NCBI GenBank assembly: GCA_023229765.1
Contig: JALNYO010000001.1
Span: forward strand, 322,993 to 386,992
Length of the DNA stretch: 64,000 nt
Source: Syntrophales bacterium
GTDB lineage: Bacteria > Desulfobacterota > Syntrophia > Syntrophales > UBA5619
Direction of reading: 5' to 3'
The position numbers and the translations under genes were made by a program. Positions 1 through 8,789 of the stretch are shown piece by piece. Positions within the stretch are counted from its first letter, which is position 1. Every line of letters starts with the position of its first letter. Below the pieces are notes generated by a model. It saw only the letters and a list, made by a program, of their open reading frames with translations. It was not told the origin of the DNA and made no database searches.

Positions 1-49
1 CGCCGCAGAGAATTACAACAGGGATGTTCTTATTGCTTTCTTTTTTCAT
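1..49 (-). CDS. 5' end of a gene leaving the window (MKKESNKNIPVVILCG...); possibly a sugar-phosphate nucleotidyltransferase (RfbF-like), but only 16 codons are visible
   Basis: ATG at 49-47 on the minus strand, open to the window edge. The VVILCG(G) start resembles NTP-transferase N-termini, and rfbG/rfbH are neighbours. Confidence 0.3.
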   Translation of the reverse strand, partial: MKKESNKNIPVVILCG

Positions 50-99
50 GACTTTTTCCCAAAACGGATCTTTCTAAAAAGATTTTATCGTTTGATTAT

Positions 100-546
100 T
101 TACTTTCCTGAAAAATCTTCAAGTATCAAAACATTAATGTCTTTCACTTTCTTCAAACCGGAGTCATTGGTTAAAAACATAGCAGCGCCATATAGGATTC
201 CGACAGCTATCTGAATTGCATCAGGAGTCCTGATTGCATATTTTGCCCGGAGCTTTGCCGACAATTCGGAAACTTCATGAACAATCTCATACGTTGTTAA
301 TCCTTCAGCGTGCAGCAATATCTCCCGGTATTCTTCGGCCAGAGATTCATTTTCCTTCTTGAATGGAAGGACCAATACCTCTAACAGTGTGATTGTTGAA
401 GTCAGGGCTTCAATGTTCCCGGCATCAATTTCAGCAAAAATCGGTCTTACTACGTTCAGATATTTAGGATCCTTTTCAATGAAATAGATAAAGGGAGCGG
501 TGTCGATACAAATTATTTTTCCTCGCAATTGATCGACTAACTCCAT
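100..546 (-). CDS. vapC: PIN-domain toxin (VapC family)
   Basis: 148 aa. Early acidic residue in IICIDTAPFIYF, then LLEVL, TPDAIQIA and FLTND motifs typical of PIN nucleases. The start overlaps the upstream small gene by 10 nt. Confidence 0.8.
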   Translation of the reverse strand: MELVDQLRGKIICIDTAPFIYFIEKDPKYLNVVRPIFAEIDAGNIEALTSTITLLEVLVLPFKKENESLAEEYREILLHAEGLTTYEIVHEVSELSAKLRAKYAIRTPDAIQIAVGILYGAAMFLTNDSGLKKVKDINVLILEDFSGK

Positions 547-767
547 GACTCTCTCTCCTTCTGAACATAATCATGCGCATCAATCCCTTTCCATAGGTTA
601 GCACCCAGTCCCTCAAGCTGCATAATGCTACTTTTTTTCTTTTGGCCGATGGATTTTTTTAGTCTGGCTGATATGATCTCCAACAGGGTCAACTGTTCTT
701 CTATGTTTAAAAAATTTATTCCTTTTACGCAGTCGCTATAGGTAATCGATGTTTTTCTTGCTTCCAT
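537..767 (-). CDS. Putative antitoxin partner of the PIN toxin
   Basis: Small ORF overlapping the vapC start. C-terminus ...LEGLGANLWKGIDAHDYVQKERESWS is typical of type II antitoxins. ATG at 767 has an AAGGA Shine-Dalgarno sequence; the ORF-track start at 791 has none. Confidence 0.55.
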   Translation of the reverse strand: MEARKTSITYSDCVKGINFLNIEEQLTLLEIISARLKKSIGQKKKSSIMQLEGLGANLWKGIDAHDYVQKERESWS

Positions 768-897
768 TTTGTCGTATCCTTTCAGTTTCATTCTTGGGCT
801 TCAAGTTCAATCATTTCCGATGCAATTCCTGTGCAAGTTTTCTGCCAAAACTTGAAACGAGAGTTAATATCCGGAAAGTTCTTTAACATTCTGGACC

Positions 898-2520
898 TTA
901 TCTACAAAAACCTCTCAGTGTTTCCAGCATATATCCCATCATTCCCTCCGTCATCCCCGGATACACCCCGACCCAGAAGGCATCGCGCATGATGCGGTCG
1001 GTCGTGGGCAAATCGCCAATCACCTGGTAATTTTTGCCGGCCTTGCGCATCTCGTCAAAACAAGGGTGCTTGATAAGATTACCGGCGAAAAGCATCCGGG
1101 TCTGGATTCCTTTTTGTTCGAGGTGGTTCACCATCATCTCACGGGTAAAGCCTGCATCTTCACGCACGGTGAGCAGAAAACCAAACCACGATGGATCAGA
1201 ATTTGCGGTAGCTTCGGGCAGAATGAAACGCTCCTCCAGGCCGCTTATGCCGTCACGCAGAATTTTCCAGTTTCGCTTACGCGCCTCGATGAAGGAAGGC
1301 AGCTTCTCAAGCTGGGCGCAACCAATGGCGGCCTGCATATCGGTTGCCTTCAAGTTGTAGCCAAAATGGGAATAGACATATTTATGATCGTAACCCAAGG
1401 GAAGTTCACCGAACTGCCGGTCAAAGCGATTGTGGCAGGTATTGTCCCGGCCGGGTGGGCACCAGCAATCGCGGCCCCAGTCGCGGAAGGATTCTACAAG
1501 CCGTTTAAGTTTTGAATCATTGGTATAGACAGCCCCGCCTTCGCCCATGGTGATGTGGTGGGCGGGATAAAAGCTTGATGTGCCGATGTGCCCTGATGTT
1601 CCGGTATAACTCCAAGAACCGTTTTGAAAATAGCGTGAGCCGAGGGCATCACAATTGTCTTCAATCAGCCAGAGGTCGTTCTTGTCGCAGAAGGCTTTAA
1701 CCGCCGCGAGATCAAACGGGTTGCCCAACGTATGTGCCAACATAACCGCTTTTGTTTGGTTTGAAAGCGCGGCCTCCAATTGCGTGACATCAATATTGCA
1801 GGTCGGAAGCGATATATCGACAAAGGCCGGCACGGCGCCATATTGGATGATGGGGGAAACGGTGGTGGGAAAAGCGGCCGCTACAGTGATCACTTCATCT
1901 CCCGGCTTGATCCGGCGTTCACCCAGCTCGGGCGAAGTAAGCGCCATGAAGGCCAGCAGATTGGCGGAGGAACCGGAATTGACTAATGAACAATGCTGCA
2001 CACCGAGGAACGCGGCAAACTCTTTCTCAAACTTCTCTGCATAGCGACCGGTAGTCAGCCAGAAATCGAGTGAGGAATCTACCAATGAGGTAATCTCGCG
2101 CTCATCGAAAACCCGACCGGCGTAAGGAATACGGTCCCCGGGGGTGAAGGAGCTTTTGGATGTCCGGGAATGAACACCATCGTAGTGGGAAACAACGGTG
2201 TTACGTACACTGGCTCGAAGCAGTTCATCGATTTTTGCATTGGACAGGCGACCGATACCGGCACGCTTGATGTTTTTTTCGGTTATCACCAGCACCTTAT
2301 CGGCCCGTATAACGCTCCTTTTGAGGATGGCGCCGCACTCAAGATCAGTTGGATCAATGACTACGGCAGAGGTGTCGAAACAGTAATTATCAACCTCACT
2401 GGTCATGTAGGCTACTGTAATATCTCCCAATTCTGATGATTGTGAAATGATAACGGCTGGGCGCACTTTTGAGCCGGCCTGATTGGTATAGGGAAAGTCA
2501 AGCAGGACAATTTCTCCCAC
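898..2520 (-). CDS. rfbH: Fusion protein: N-terminal PemK/MazF-like toxin domain plus full-length CDP-6-deoxy-D-xylo-4-hexulose-3-dehydrase (RfbH/DdhC, DegT/DnrJ/EryC1 family)
   Basis: N-terminus [26 protein letters not shown]...[24 protein letters not shown] matches the PemK/MazF pattern. The rest ([60 protein letters not shown]) matches RfbH end to end. It is one open frame. The likely start is GTG 2520 (AGGA upstream, 10 nt after the antitoxin stop); the ORF is open back to 2586. Confidence 0.8.
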   Translation of the reverse strand: MGEIVLLDFPYTNQAGSKVRPAVIISQSSELGDITVAYMTSEVDNYCFDTSAVVIDPTDLECGAILKRSVIRADKVLVITEKNIKRAGIGRLSNAKIDELLRASVRNTVVSHYDGVHSRTSKSSFTPGDRIPYAGRVFDEREITSLVDSSLDFWLTTGRYAEKFEKEFAAFLGVQHCSLVNSGSSANLLAFMALTSPELGERRIKPGDEVITVAAAFPTTVSPIIQYGAVPAFVDISLPTCNIDVTQLEAALSNQTKAVMLAHTLGNPFDLAAVKAFCDKNDLWLIEDNCDALGSRYFQNGSWSYTGTSGHIGTSSFYPAHHITMGEGGAVYTNDSKLKRLVESFRDWGRDCWCPPGRDNTCHNRFDRQFGELPLGYDHKYVYSHFGYNLKATDMQAAIGCAQLEKLPSFIEARKRNWKILRDGISGLEERFILPEATANSDPSWFGFLLTVREDAGFTREMMVNHLEQKGIQTRMLFAGNLIKHPCFDEMRKAGKNYQVIGDLPTTDRIMRDAFWVGVYPGMTEGMMGYMLETLRGFCR

Positions 2521-2530
2521 CCGGGCATTC

Positions 2531-2788
2531 CTATTTGAGTTCAAAATAGGCCTCCCAGTCAACATTGGCATCATCATTTGTGTCAAAAAAGGCAGCCAGA
2601 CCTATTTGCTTGAACTCTTCATCGCTTGACCTTCGGCGGGCATGATACTCCGCAGCGGGGATTGTCGTCTCATTAGTTTCTTCTGACGGTATCACAATAA
2701 TATTGAGTTCTGCTGAAAGGATATCCGCAGGTATCGGCTCGATTAATTCAATTCGTCCCGCCTTATACTGCGCTTTTATCGCCAGCAT
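2531..2788 (-). CDS. Putative antitoxin (AbrB/looped-hinge-like N-terminus, acidic C-terminus) cognate to the PemK-like domain
   Basis: 85 aa: [20 protein letters not shown]...NIIVIP, then ...[23 protein letters not shown]. Sits immediately upstream of the toxin domain and overlaps the rfbG 3' end by 26 nt. Confidence 0.5.
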   Translation of the reverse strand: MLAIKAQYKAGRIELIEPIPADILSAELNIIVIPSEETNETTIPAAEYHARRRSSDEEFKQIGLAAFFDTNDDANVDWEAYFELK

Positions 2789-3881
2789 GACTGTCCTCCT
2801 TTTGTGGCTTTTCTTCGTACTTGCGGATCTGCTCCAGACAGAACTGATGCATGTCTTTTGTTTGAGGTTCCGAGTAAAATTCTTTATACCAATCCGCTGT
2901 CATTTGCAAACATTCGTCAATGGTGAGAACGCTGTGCCAGTGGAGATAAGCGTGGGCCTTGTCGCAATTCAGCTTGAGAAGGTTCGCCTCATGAAGGGAC
3001 TGCGGATCTGATAGGTCATTCCAGGAACCTTTGCCCCAGTATTTTATCAATCGCTCAGCCATTTCGGCGACGGTCAGATGACTGCTGTCCTCCGGGCCGA
3101 AGTTCCAGGCGTCGGAATATTTTTGAGGGTTTTGCCACAGGGCGGCGCCGAGCAGCAGATAACCACCGAGGGGCTCCAGTACGTGCTGCCAGGGGCGAAT
3201 GGCATTGGGGTTGCGGATGCCGATGGGTTGCTTACTGCTCAGGGCGCGGATGCAATCGGGAACCAAGCGATCTGCACCCCAATCGCCGCCGCCGATGACG
3301 TTGCCCGCCCGGGCGGAGGCGGCGCCGATCGGCCTGCTCTGTGCGGCGTTCGGAGAAAAGAACGACTTCAGATAAGCGCTGAAAACAAGTTCCGCACACC
3401 CTTTGGAGGCGCTGTACGGGTCATGACCGCCCATCGGGTCATTTTCCCGGTAGCCCCAAACCCATTCCCTGTTTTCATAGCATTTGTCGCTGGTGATGTT
3501 GACCAGGACTTTGACGCTGGAGGTTTTACGGACGGCCTCGAAAACGTTGACCGTGCCGCCGACGTTCGTGTCGAAGGTCAATTTCGGCTCTTCGTAGGAG
3601 CGGCGAACAAGGGGCTGGGCGGCGAGGTGGAAAACAAATTCCGGCTGATATTTTTCAAAAGTCTCCATCAACCGGTCGAGATCGCGGATATCTCCGTGGA
3701 TATGGGTGATCTTTTCCCGGAGCTTCGTTGCCTCAAAAAGGCTTGGCTCGCTTGGCGGATCAAGGGAATAGCCGATGACATCCGCCCCCAGTTCCTTCAG
3801 CCAAATCGCCAGCCACGACCCCTTGAATCCGGTGTGGCCGGTGATCAAAACCCGCTTACTTTTGTATATGTTATCGAACAA
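2763..3881 (-). CDS. rfbG: CDP-glucose 4,6-dehydratase
   Basis: 372 aa. N-terminal VLITGHTGFKGSWL Rossmann motif, YSASKGCAE catalytic motif, and the length and overall pattern of RfbG/DdhB. Confidence 0.9.
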   Translation of the reverse strand: MFDNIYKSKRVLITGHTGFKGSWLAIWLKELGADVIGYSLDPPSEPSLFEATKLREKITHIHGDIRDLDRLMETFEKYQPEFVFHLAAQPLVRRSYEEPKLTFDTNVGGTVNVFEAVRKTSSVKVLVNITSDKCYENREWVWGYRENDPMGGHDPYSASKGCAELVFSAYLKSFFSPNAAQSRPIGAASARAGNVIGGGDWGADRLVPDCIRALSSKQPIGIRNPNAIRPWQHVLEPLGGYLLLGAALWQNPQKYSDAWNFGPEDSSHLTVAEMAERLIKYWGKGSWNDLSDPQSLHEANLLKLNCDKAHAYLHWHSVLTIDECLQMTADWYKEFYSEPQTKDMHQFCLEQIRKYEEKPQKEDSHAGDKSAV

Positions 3882-3884
3882 TGA

Positions 3885-4205
3885 TCAATTCTCCGAAGGT
3901 TTGTACACGGAATATCTTTTCCAAAACGGGTCGAAACGGATATGGCTGTCGTGCAGGTAGTTGGGGCTGCAAATAGAGACATAATCAATCTTTTTATTTT
4001 TTTCGCGGCGGTATTTGTCCACGAAGCGGTCAATAAGCTCAAATTCGGAAAAAAATGCCGCTTTTGGGGAAAAACTGTCAATTATGCCGATGCTGTCGTT
4101 TTTGTCGAGGGCGGCAACGAGGGTGTTTCCGGTATCCTTGATGGCTTTCAGATGTCGGGGGACGATGTCGCCGGCAACGTCGATAAGCGCAAAACTATTT
4201 GTCAT
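3885..4205 (-). pseudogene. Truncated Gfo/Idh/MocA (WbpB-like) oxidoreductase, N-terminal ~90 codons only
   Basis: MTNSFALIDVAGDIVPRHLKAIKDTGNTLVAALDKNDSIGIIDS...YVSICSPNYLH matches the N-terminal Rossmann part of WbpB-type dehydrogenases (normally >300 aa). The frame then diverges and stops 4 nt before the rfbG start. Confidence 0.55.
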
Positions 4206-4393
4206 ATCAGGCCTTTTATCAATATTTAGAAGTCATCTTTTAATGTTTCAGCTAATGCCTCTTTTTTTACCACAGCACCTGATCGAAATTAAGCAATTAT
4301 AATGCCGTTGAAATTATCAGTCCCTTATGTTCACGGTTTTTCATTCTTGACTGAGAGGCTGTCCCGCTACGTATCTATAATTTGTTTTATGAA

Positions 4394-4546
4394 GAGCTAA
4401 TTGCAAAACGCTTTGTCATGCCCGAATGCTTCTGTCTGGCATCCATGATTTCAAACACTTACAAACTGGATTATGAACATTAAGCTTCGCTTTCCCGCCC
4501 CAAAGAGTCGCGGGAATGACAGAGCTGGGAGTTTTGCAATTACCTC
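4394..4546 (+). mobile_element. MITE-like non-autonomous element, copy 1 (153 bp), TSD TGAA
   Basis: Ends GAGCTAATTGCAAAACG...GTCATGCCCG and CGGGAATGAC...GTTTTGCAATTACCTC are inverted repeats. Flanked by direct TGAA (4390-4393 and 4547-4550). Carries one 21-nt unit at 4471-4493. Confidence 0.7.
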
Positions 4547-4566
4547 TGAAGATAAAACTTAAACGC

Positions 4567-5322
4567 TCAGGAATCTATCTTCCCCGTTTCGCGAATATAT
4601 TTCAGCAGTTTGATCCCTTCAGCAAAATCATGATTGATCTTGAGGCCTTCGTTGATTGTTTCGGCCGCCGTTTTCCATTCTTCCTGGGCAATGTAAACCC
4701 GGGCCATGTTGTAATAAATTCCCTCATCCCGAGGCGAGGCGACGAGGGCCTTTTTGAACTCCTGCAGAGATTCATCATAACTGCCCGCCCGGCGGTGTTC
4801 TATGCCGGCCGTGTTGAAAGCTTCGGCAAGGAGTTCTGCAAGATCATCCTTGTTTTTCAGCAACTCCAGCGCTGCCGTCGGATTTCCGTTTTCAATGAGT
4901 GTTTTAATTATGTTTAATTGAGCTTCTGTGTCGTTAGCCGGGGGAGCGGGATTCGCAGTGCTTTCCTTCTTTTCTTTCGGTTCCTCCAATAGGTCCGTCA
5001 TTTCATCGCTTTTTATTTCAATGAGTTGCTTCATCAATTCGAGAGTGGGGGCGATTTCGTTGTCTCGAAACGTGACAGGCCCATAGATATCGCGGAATTG
5101 TTTGCTCTCCGCGAGGGTCTTCTGGAAATCGTTGATCTCCTTTTGCAGCGCCTTTTCGTCGGCGGGGATCATGTTGGTGGAGCTAATTTTCTCCAGAACC
5201 TCTTTGAATTTCAAGAGGCAGGAAAAAACATTCCCCTTTTGCAGAACGTTTCGGCATTCGGTCAGCCTGTGGGCTATCTTGCCGGCGTCATCCCTGTTTA
5301 TTGCCTCTGTCATTTTGTGCAT
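4567..5322 (-). CDS. TPR-repeat protein
   Basis: 251 aa. The C-terminal half has TPR-like repeats (AFNTAGIEHRRAGSYDESLQEFKKAL; GIYYNMARVYIAQEEWKTAAETINEGL). Confidence 0.65.
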   Translation of the reverse strand: MHKMTEAINRDDAGKIAHRLTECRNVLQKGNVFSCLLKFKEVLEKISSTNMIPADEKALQKEINDFQKTLAESKQFRDIYGPVTFRDNEIAPTLELMKQLIEIKSDEMTDLLEEPKEKKESTANPAPPANDTEAQLNIIKTLIENGNPTAALELLKNKDDLAELLAEAFNTAGIEHRRAGSYDESLQEFKKALVASPRDEGIYYNMARVYIAQEEWKTAAETINEGLKINHDFAEGIKLLKYIRETGKIDS

Positions 5323-5396
5323 TCCTCCATAAATCGATGATGGTTTTCATGCGAACAAAGTGAAAATTTACTCGGATGAAATAAAGATTTTCGGCT

Positions 5397-5570
5397 GAGC
5401 TAATTGCAAAACGCTTTGTCATGCCCGAAAGCGCAGCTTAATGTCCATAATGCTTCTGTCGGGCATCCATGATTTAAAACACTTACAAACTGGATTATGA
5501 ACATTAAGCTTCGCTTTCCCGCCCCAAAGAGTCGCGGGAATGACAGAGCTGGGAGTTTTGCAATTACCTC
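5397..5570 (+). mobile_element. MITE-like element, copy 2 (174 bp), TSD GGCT
   Basis: Same as copy 1 except for two substitutions and an exact 21-bp insertion (AGCGCAGCTTAATGTCCATAA, 5430-5450), which is an inverted copy of the 21-nt unit. Flanked by direct GGCT (5393-5396 and 5571-5574). Confidence 0.7.
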
Positions 5571-5658
5571 GGCTGCCTAATTTTACATATAGCACATTCT
5601 CCGAAAAACGTGCAAGATTGGGGAGATGAAAAAAATGTTATCGTCCTGAAAAAAATAT

Positions 5659-5686
5659 TAAAGTTTTTGCATTTTACTGCCGATCA
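5659..5686 (+). promoter_or_regulatory. Sigma-28 (FliA)-type promoter candidate
   Basis: TAAAGTTT (5659-5666), 12 nt, GCCGATCA (5679-5686), against the consensus TAAAGTTT-N11-GCCGATAA. Lies 37 nt upstream of the 73-codon ORF. Confidence 0.5.
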
Positions 5687-5722
5687 ATGATATGCCGGAA
5701 TACATTGTAGAGGGAGGTTTAT

Positions 5723-5944
5723 ATGGTAGTATCCATGTATAGCGTTGATAGCATGATCAACGCTTACAACAAGCAGCAGCGGGTTAAAGCCAGACACGCT
5801 GCCCCTGACGATTGGGGCGGATCGGGAAAGGGAAAAACCAACGATGAAGTTACTCTGTCCAAACAGGGCATTGAGGCTGCGGACATCTACAATAAACTGA
5901 CGAACAAACTTATCGATAACATGCTGAAAGAAGAAAAAAAATAA
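5723..5944 (+). CDS. Small hypothetical protein (73 aa); weak FlgM-like flavour only
   Basis: Strong Shine-Dalgarno GAGGGAGG 6 nt upstream of the ATG, and it is the first gene downstream of the sigma-28-like promoter. The DEVTLSKQG...LIDNMLKE segment only loosely recalls anti-sigma-28 factors. Confidence 0.45.
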   Translation: MVVSMYSVDSMINAYNKQQRVKARHAAPDDWGGSGKGKTNDEVTLSKQGIEAADIYNKLTNKLIDNMLKEEKK

Positions 5945-6038
5945 CTGACGGCATGGTTGTTGATTCCGTTTCCTCATTCGTTTATCTGGTTTTTTAGAGA
6001 AATCGGGAGGCTGGCTGGTTTTGCTTGATGCCGCAAAA

Positions 6039-7508
6039 ATGGAAAAGGTAAATAGTAAAGTTGTCCTGGTTGTGGACGATTACGCGCCCACCCGGATTCT
6101 AATTTTGGAGGCGCTTGAGCAGCAGGGTGAGTACGAGGGCCTGGAAGCCGCAAACGGGGTTGAGGCGATTGCGCTTTTAGAAAAGAATCCCTGTGATATG
6201 GTGATTACCGACGTCATGATGCCCGGTATGGGCGGCATGGAGTTGCTGCAGTCTCTGCGGGAGAGGAATTTTGATATTCCGGTAATCATGATGACCTCCC
6301 GCCCCGCTGTTGATCTTACCGTTTCCGCGATGAAAAGCGGCGTCGTTGATTTTCTGCAGAAACCCTTTGATATCGATAAAATGATCTTCAAGGTTGACCT
6401 GTATCTCCGGGAGGGCTCTGGTCCCACACCTGTTTCCCGGCAGGATTCCCTGGCCATGAAAGAGGAGCGGGAGCAACTCTCCCTGAAAAGCTATGTCTAT
6501 GAGGCGGTTGAACGAGCCGCTGGCGACAATGATGAGATTTTTCAGACCATTGTCGAATTGGCGATGCGGATTGTAGATGGTGAGAGCTGCGCGCTTTTCC
6601 TCTACGATAAAGAATATCGTAAATTTTATCCGAAGGCGCAGAAGGGAGAGGATTACGGTTTTTATGGGGCCAACACCATCTCAACCATAACCGATATCTA
6701 TCAGGAGGCGGTCGATAAAAAAGACGCGCTGATGGTGCATTCCGACAGCGACCCTTTTATTTCCCCGTCCATTATTTGCGCGCCCTTGCTGATCCACGGA
6801 AGCGTTCTCGGGGTGCTGAGCATCCGGAAAAAGAGCCTTGGCGGGGTTTTTACGAAGAACGACCTCCAGCAGATTTTGGGCCTGGCGAAAAGGGCCTCCC
6901 TGAACCTCGAAAACAAAATCCTCTATGAAAGCATGTTTGATAATTTGACGAGCACCTTTATGGCGCTTGTGGCGGCGATTCAGGCGCGGGATCACTACAC
7001 GGAGGAACATTCCCGCCGCGTTACCGAGACCGCCGTCAACATAGCTCAACAAATGGGGTTATCTCCGACCGAGGTGGAGCGGCTGCGGGTTGCCTCGCTG
7101 CTTCATGATCTCGGGAAAATATCCATTCCCGACAACGTGCTGCTCAAACCGGGCGGACTTACTGATAAAGAATTTGAAATTATCAAACAGCATCCCGTTA
7201 ACGGCGATGCGATATTGAGTCATATTGCCCTGCTTGACGATGAGCGCTTGATAGTTCGACACCACCATGAAAGGTGGGATGGCCGGGGCTATCCCGACGG
7301 CCTTGCCGGGAATGATATCCCGCTTTTGGCGCGGATCATGGCGGTGGCCGATTCCTTTGACGCGATGACAAGCGATCGTCCGTATCGAAAAGGTATGAAT
7401 ATTAAAGCGGCGGTAGGCGAGCTGATAGCAAATAAAAACAAGCAGTTTGACGAGAAAATCGTGGATGTTTTTCTGGAAATTTTGGCGGACGATAATAGCT
7501 TTTCCTGA
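6039..7508 (+). CDS. Response regulator with REC, GAF and HD-GYP domains (c-di-GMP phosphodiesterase type)
   Basis: VLVVDDYAPTR...DMVITDVMMPGMGG (receiver), a central GAF-like region, then HDLGKISIP...HHERWDGRGYPDGL (HD-GYP). An alternative TTG start lies at 6021. Confidence 0.9.
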   Translation: MEKVNSKVVLVVDDYAPTRILILEALEQQGEYEGLEAANGVEAIALLEKNPCDMVITDVMMPGMGGMELLQSLRERNFDIPVIMMTSRPAVDLTVSAMKSGVVDFLQKPFDIDKMIFKVDLYLREGSGPTPVSRQDSLAMKEEREQLSLKSYVYEAVERAAGDNDEIFQTIVELAMRIVDGESCALFLYDKEYRKFYPKAQKGEDYGFYGANTISTITDIYQEAVDKKDALMVHSDSDPFISPSIICAPLLIHGSVLGVLSIRKKSLGGVFTKNDLQQILGLAKRASLNLENKILYESMFDNLTSTFMALVAAIQARDHYTEEHSRRVTETAVNIAQQMGLSPTEVERLRVASLLHDLGKISIPDNVLLKPGGLTDKEFEIIKQHPVNGDAILSHIALLDDERLIVRHHHERWDGRGYPDGLAGNDIPLLARIMAVADSFDAMTSDRPYRKGMNIKAAVGELIANKNKQFDEKIVDVFLEILADDNSFS

Positions 7509-7633
7509 ATCTTCATTTATCTCTGTGAAAAATAGAAAATGCCCCATACTATCTATGCTGGCAAAAACATCAATGCGCGTATTTCCAGTTATTATAAAAA
7601 TGGCGACAACCTGTTTTCCCTGGGGTGGCTGCC

Positions 7634-8626
7634 ATGCGGTCCTTAGTCAGGCTTAAAGCCGGCGAGCTTAAGGTCGGCATGTATGTAGTAATGCCCGCCT
7701 CCTGGGATGAGCACCCCTTCCTGAAGAATGAGTTTATTCTCGATTCGGCAAAACAGATCGATAAGATAATAAAGTACGGCATGGAATTTGTCCTGGTTGA
7801 CGCCGGCAAGAGCTTGATCCCGGTTTCGCCATCCGCCGGCGAACGGCCCACTGCTGCTGAAATGCCGGAGGCGCCATCCGCCGATAATTCGCCTGTTGTT
7901 CCAGACGAGCTTTACGAGGCGATTCATAACGCCTCGGTGCTCCCCGTCGAGAAAGCCCGCTTGGTGAGGAAAAACAGTCTGCTGATGATGGAGGGTCTCC
8001 TGCAGCAGCCGACGGCGGATAATATCCGGGAAAGCAAAAAGGCAATAACCGAAATTGTGCAGCTTATACTGAAGGACGACGATGCCGCGAGCGCCCTTAT
8101 CAAGATAACAGATCATGATTATTACACATATACCCACTCGGTCAATGTAGGATTTTGGGCGGTGTCGCTGGCGAAGGTGTTGTTCCGGGATTCATTTCTG
8201 CATGATCTTCATGAATTGGGGTGCGGGTTTTTCCTGCACGATATCGGCAAGGTCCGGATCAAGCAGAGCATTATAACGAAGCCGGGGCGTTTGTCGGAGG
8301 AGGAGATGAACGAAATGCGCAGGCATCCGGTGTTTGGCTTCCGGATTCTCGACGAGGCCCACCAGCTTACCGAAGAGTCCAAGATAATTGTTCTTCAGCA
8401 TCACGAACGGTATGGCGGCAATGGCTATCCCAAGGGGCTGCGGGGTGATCAGATACACATCTATGCGAAAATATGCTCGCTTGCCGATGTTTACGACGCT
8501 CTGACGTCAGACCGTCCCTACCGGAAGGGGAGTAAGCCTTTTGAGGCACTGAGGATTATGAAAGATGAAATGATCGGTCATTTTCAGCAGGATCTTTTTG
8601 AAAAATTTGTGCGACTGCTGCTGTAA
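7634..8626 (+). CDS. HD-GYP domain protein with DUF3391-type N-terminus
   Basis: N-terminus LKAGELKVGMYVVMPASWDEHPFL (DUF3391 pattern). C-terminus HDIGKVRI...HHERYGGNGYPKGL. An alternative GTG start lies at 7625. Confidence 0.85.
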   Translation: MRSLVRLKAGELKVGMYVVMPASWDEHPFLKNEFILDSAKQIDKIIKYGMEFVLVDAGKSLIPVSPSAGERPTAAEMPEAPSADNSPVVPDELYEAIHNASVLPVEKARLVRKNSLLMMEGLLQQPTADNIRESKKAITEIVQLILKDDDAASALIKITDHDYYTYTHSVNVGFWAVSLAKVLFRDSFLHDLHELGCGFFLHDIGKVRIKQSIITKPGRLSEEEMNEMRRHPVFGFRILDEAHQLTEESKIIVLQHHERYGGNGYPKGLRGDQIHIYAKICSLADVYDALTSDRPYRKGSKPFEALRIMKDEMIGHFQQDLFEKFVRLLL

Positions 8627-8663
8627 TTGAATGAAAGTTTTAGCAATTGGCGGATAATATTTT

Positions 8664-8692
8664 TTGACAACGCCAATAGTTTATTGTAGATT
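8664..8692 (+). promoter_or_regulatory. Sigma-70-like promoter candidate for the PilZ gene
   Basis: TTGACA (8664-8669), 17 nt, TAGATT (8687-8692). Confidence 0.4.
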
Positions 8693-8789
8693 CCCCCACA
8701 TTTATTGTCATTGTGATTTTAATGTCATTAACGCCGGACATTGAGGCATTGAGGATTGTTCCCTGCAAATAAAGTAGTTATGTGACAAA

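Noticed and set aside
4394-5570. Composite transposon carrying the TPR gene
   Set aside because: Each MITE copy has its own, different 4-bp target duplication (TGAA versus GGCT). This indicates two independent insertions rather than mobilisation of the whole segment.
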